A stretch of 64,000 bases of DNA from Alphaproteobacteria bacterium (GTDB taxonomy: Bacteria > Pseudomonadota > Alphaproteobacteria > MPNO01 > UBA830). Positions within the stretch are counted from its first letter, which is position 1; the number at the start of each line of letters is the position of its first letter. The translations under genes were made by a program, and so were the position numbers. The DNA lies in the NCBI GenBank assembly GCA_964291215.2, contig OZ219790.1, positions 32,001 to 96,000 on the forward strand. The letters are read 5' to 3'. This document shows, piece after piece, positions 62,853-64,000 of this stretch. Under the pieces are notes generated by a model that searched no databases, was not told the DNA's origin, and worked only from the letters and a program-made list of their open reading frames with translations.

Positions 62853-64000
62853 GTGTGCTGGGCAGCGCCCAGATCAGGTGGGTTCAAGTCCCACTGGCGC
62901 TCGGGTAAGGGGCGCCATATCCAAAAGCGGGGGTAATTCCTCGCTGGCCGGGGTGAGCGAATAAGCGACGCCCTAAACGGGCACGAAGTTGGAAACGACG
63001 GAAACTGCCAAGGGAAGAGCTAAGTTGGTTCACTGTCGAGAGACAACCGGAGGGCAGGGTGTCCACCGTGAGGTGGAATCTGAAGGGCCTGCGGAGAAGT
63101 ACCGGGCCGTAATCGAGGGCCCATGATGAATCGGTCGGCCAAAGACGGGGTAAGGTCGAGCCGGCACTATGGCGGCGAAGGCGTTCTTACTCACCCGTCG
63201 CACCAAGGTGTTTGCGAACGGCGGAAGATCTGGACGTGACCCCAGGAGGGCTCGTCGTGTTCCCGGGTGGCACCGGGATAACGGCCCCTATAAGCCGAGA
63301 GGCGAACTGGGAAAGGATGCGCGGCGAGCAATCGGACAACCGAATAGTACCACAAGCCCGGCGAAAGCCGGGTGACCGCGCGAGCGGCGACCGGGTGGGT
63401 CGGGGAAGGCGGTTGGCAGAGGTGGTTGGTGAGAGACGGTGAAGGAGCGAGTAAGGATCATGACGCGGACAAGTTCCATGAGCCCGGACGTCATGGGCCG
63501 AGGAGACTGGTTCACTAGCTCAACCTGACGGGAGAAAGGAAGGTCCACTCACTGAAGGTGTACAAGCGGAAGAATCTTGAGGTGGCCTGGGAGAAGGTCA
63601 AGCGCAACCGCGGTGCCGGTGGCGTGGATGGAGAGGACCTGGCGGCGTTCGAGGCATCGCTTGATGCGAATCTCGATCGCTTGCACCGAGAGTTGCGGGA
63701 CGGTGATTACGTACCGCAGCCGGTTCTCCAACGCCTGATACCCAAGGCGGGCCAGCCGGGGAAGCTACGTCCTCTTGGCATCCCGACGATTTACGATCGG
63801 GTGTGTCAGCAGGCGCTGCTGAACCGGCTGGAGCCGATCTTCGAGCCGATTTTCGATGATGCCAACTTCGGTATCGGCAAGGGAGGTCCGCCCGCACTAC
63901 GCAAGATATGGAAGGAGAGGGCCGGGAGTGGGTTGTTGACGCGGATTTTTCTTCGGATCCGTGGGCCACGCGAAGCTTCTTGAGCTTGTGAACCAGCGCG
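62853..64000 (+). mobile_element. Second (inner) group II intron with RT ORF; runs off the window
   Basis: GTGTG 5' end, gggttcaagtccc, gaactggga, aatagtacc..ggcgaaagcc; EBS motifs pair with the upstream flank. Confidence 0.8.
63530..64000 (+). pseudogene. ltrA: Group II intron reverse transcriptase/maturase N-terminus, frameshifted
   Basis: AWEKVKRNRGAGGVDG, IPKAGQPGKLRPLGIPTIYDRVCQQAL..LEPIFE; frame lost after ANFG. Confidence 0.9.

Noticed and set aside
63530-64000. RT as a retron, DGR or defence RT
   Set aside because: Motifs and the upstream ribozyme sequence are those of a group II intron maturase.

Overview
High-GC bacterial window, most likely Alphaproteobacteria. The mfd-sdhE/recG layout, gpt, TRAP transporter and nadX fit Rhodospirillales; a host-associated or sponge-symbiont origin is only an inference. 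It has three zones. (1) 1-10.3 kb is accessory: the 5' part of an RTX-repeat protein behind a poly-G-spacer promoter, then a module of two in-frame tandem tyrosine recombinases, a nuclease-like ORF, an MmeI-like type IIL R-M gene and HigBA. The module is bracketed by direct repeats that contain a promoter-driven, structured non-coding segment of about 180 nt. (2) 10.3-34.6 kb is intact housekeeping and metabolic genes plus tRNA-Ser(TGA). (3) 34.7-64 kb is a decaying defence island under nested IS30, ISNCY, IS66, IS630, IS1595, IS256 and IS1634 elements. Removing the insertions in silico reveals a four-gene operon (HTH-DEAH helicase, Zn-finger protein, RloC-like zinc-hook ABC ATPase, HEPN-like protein) and an hsdM-Fic-HEPN-MNT locus. 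The window ends in a group II intron nested inside another group II intron, with visible EBS/IBS pairing. All calls come from manual motif reading; no database search was run.
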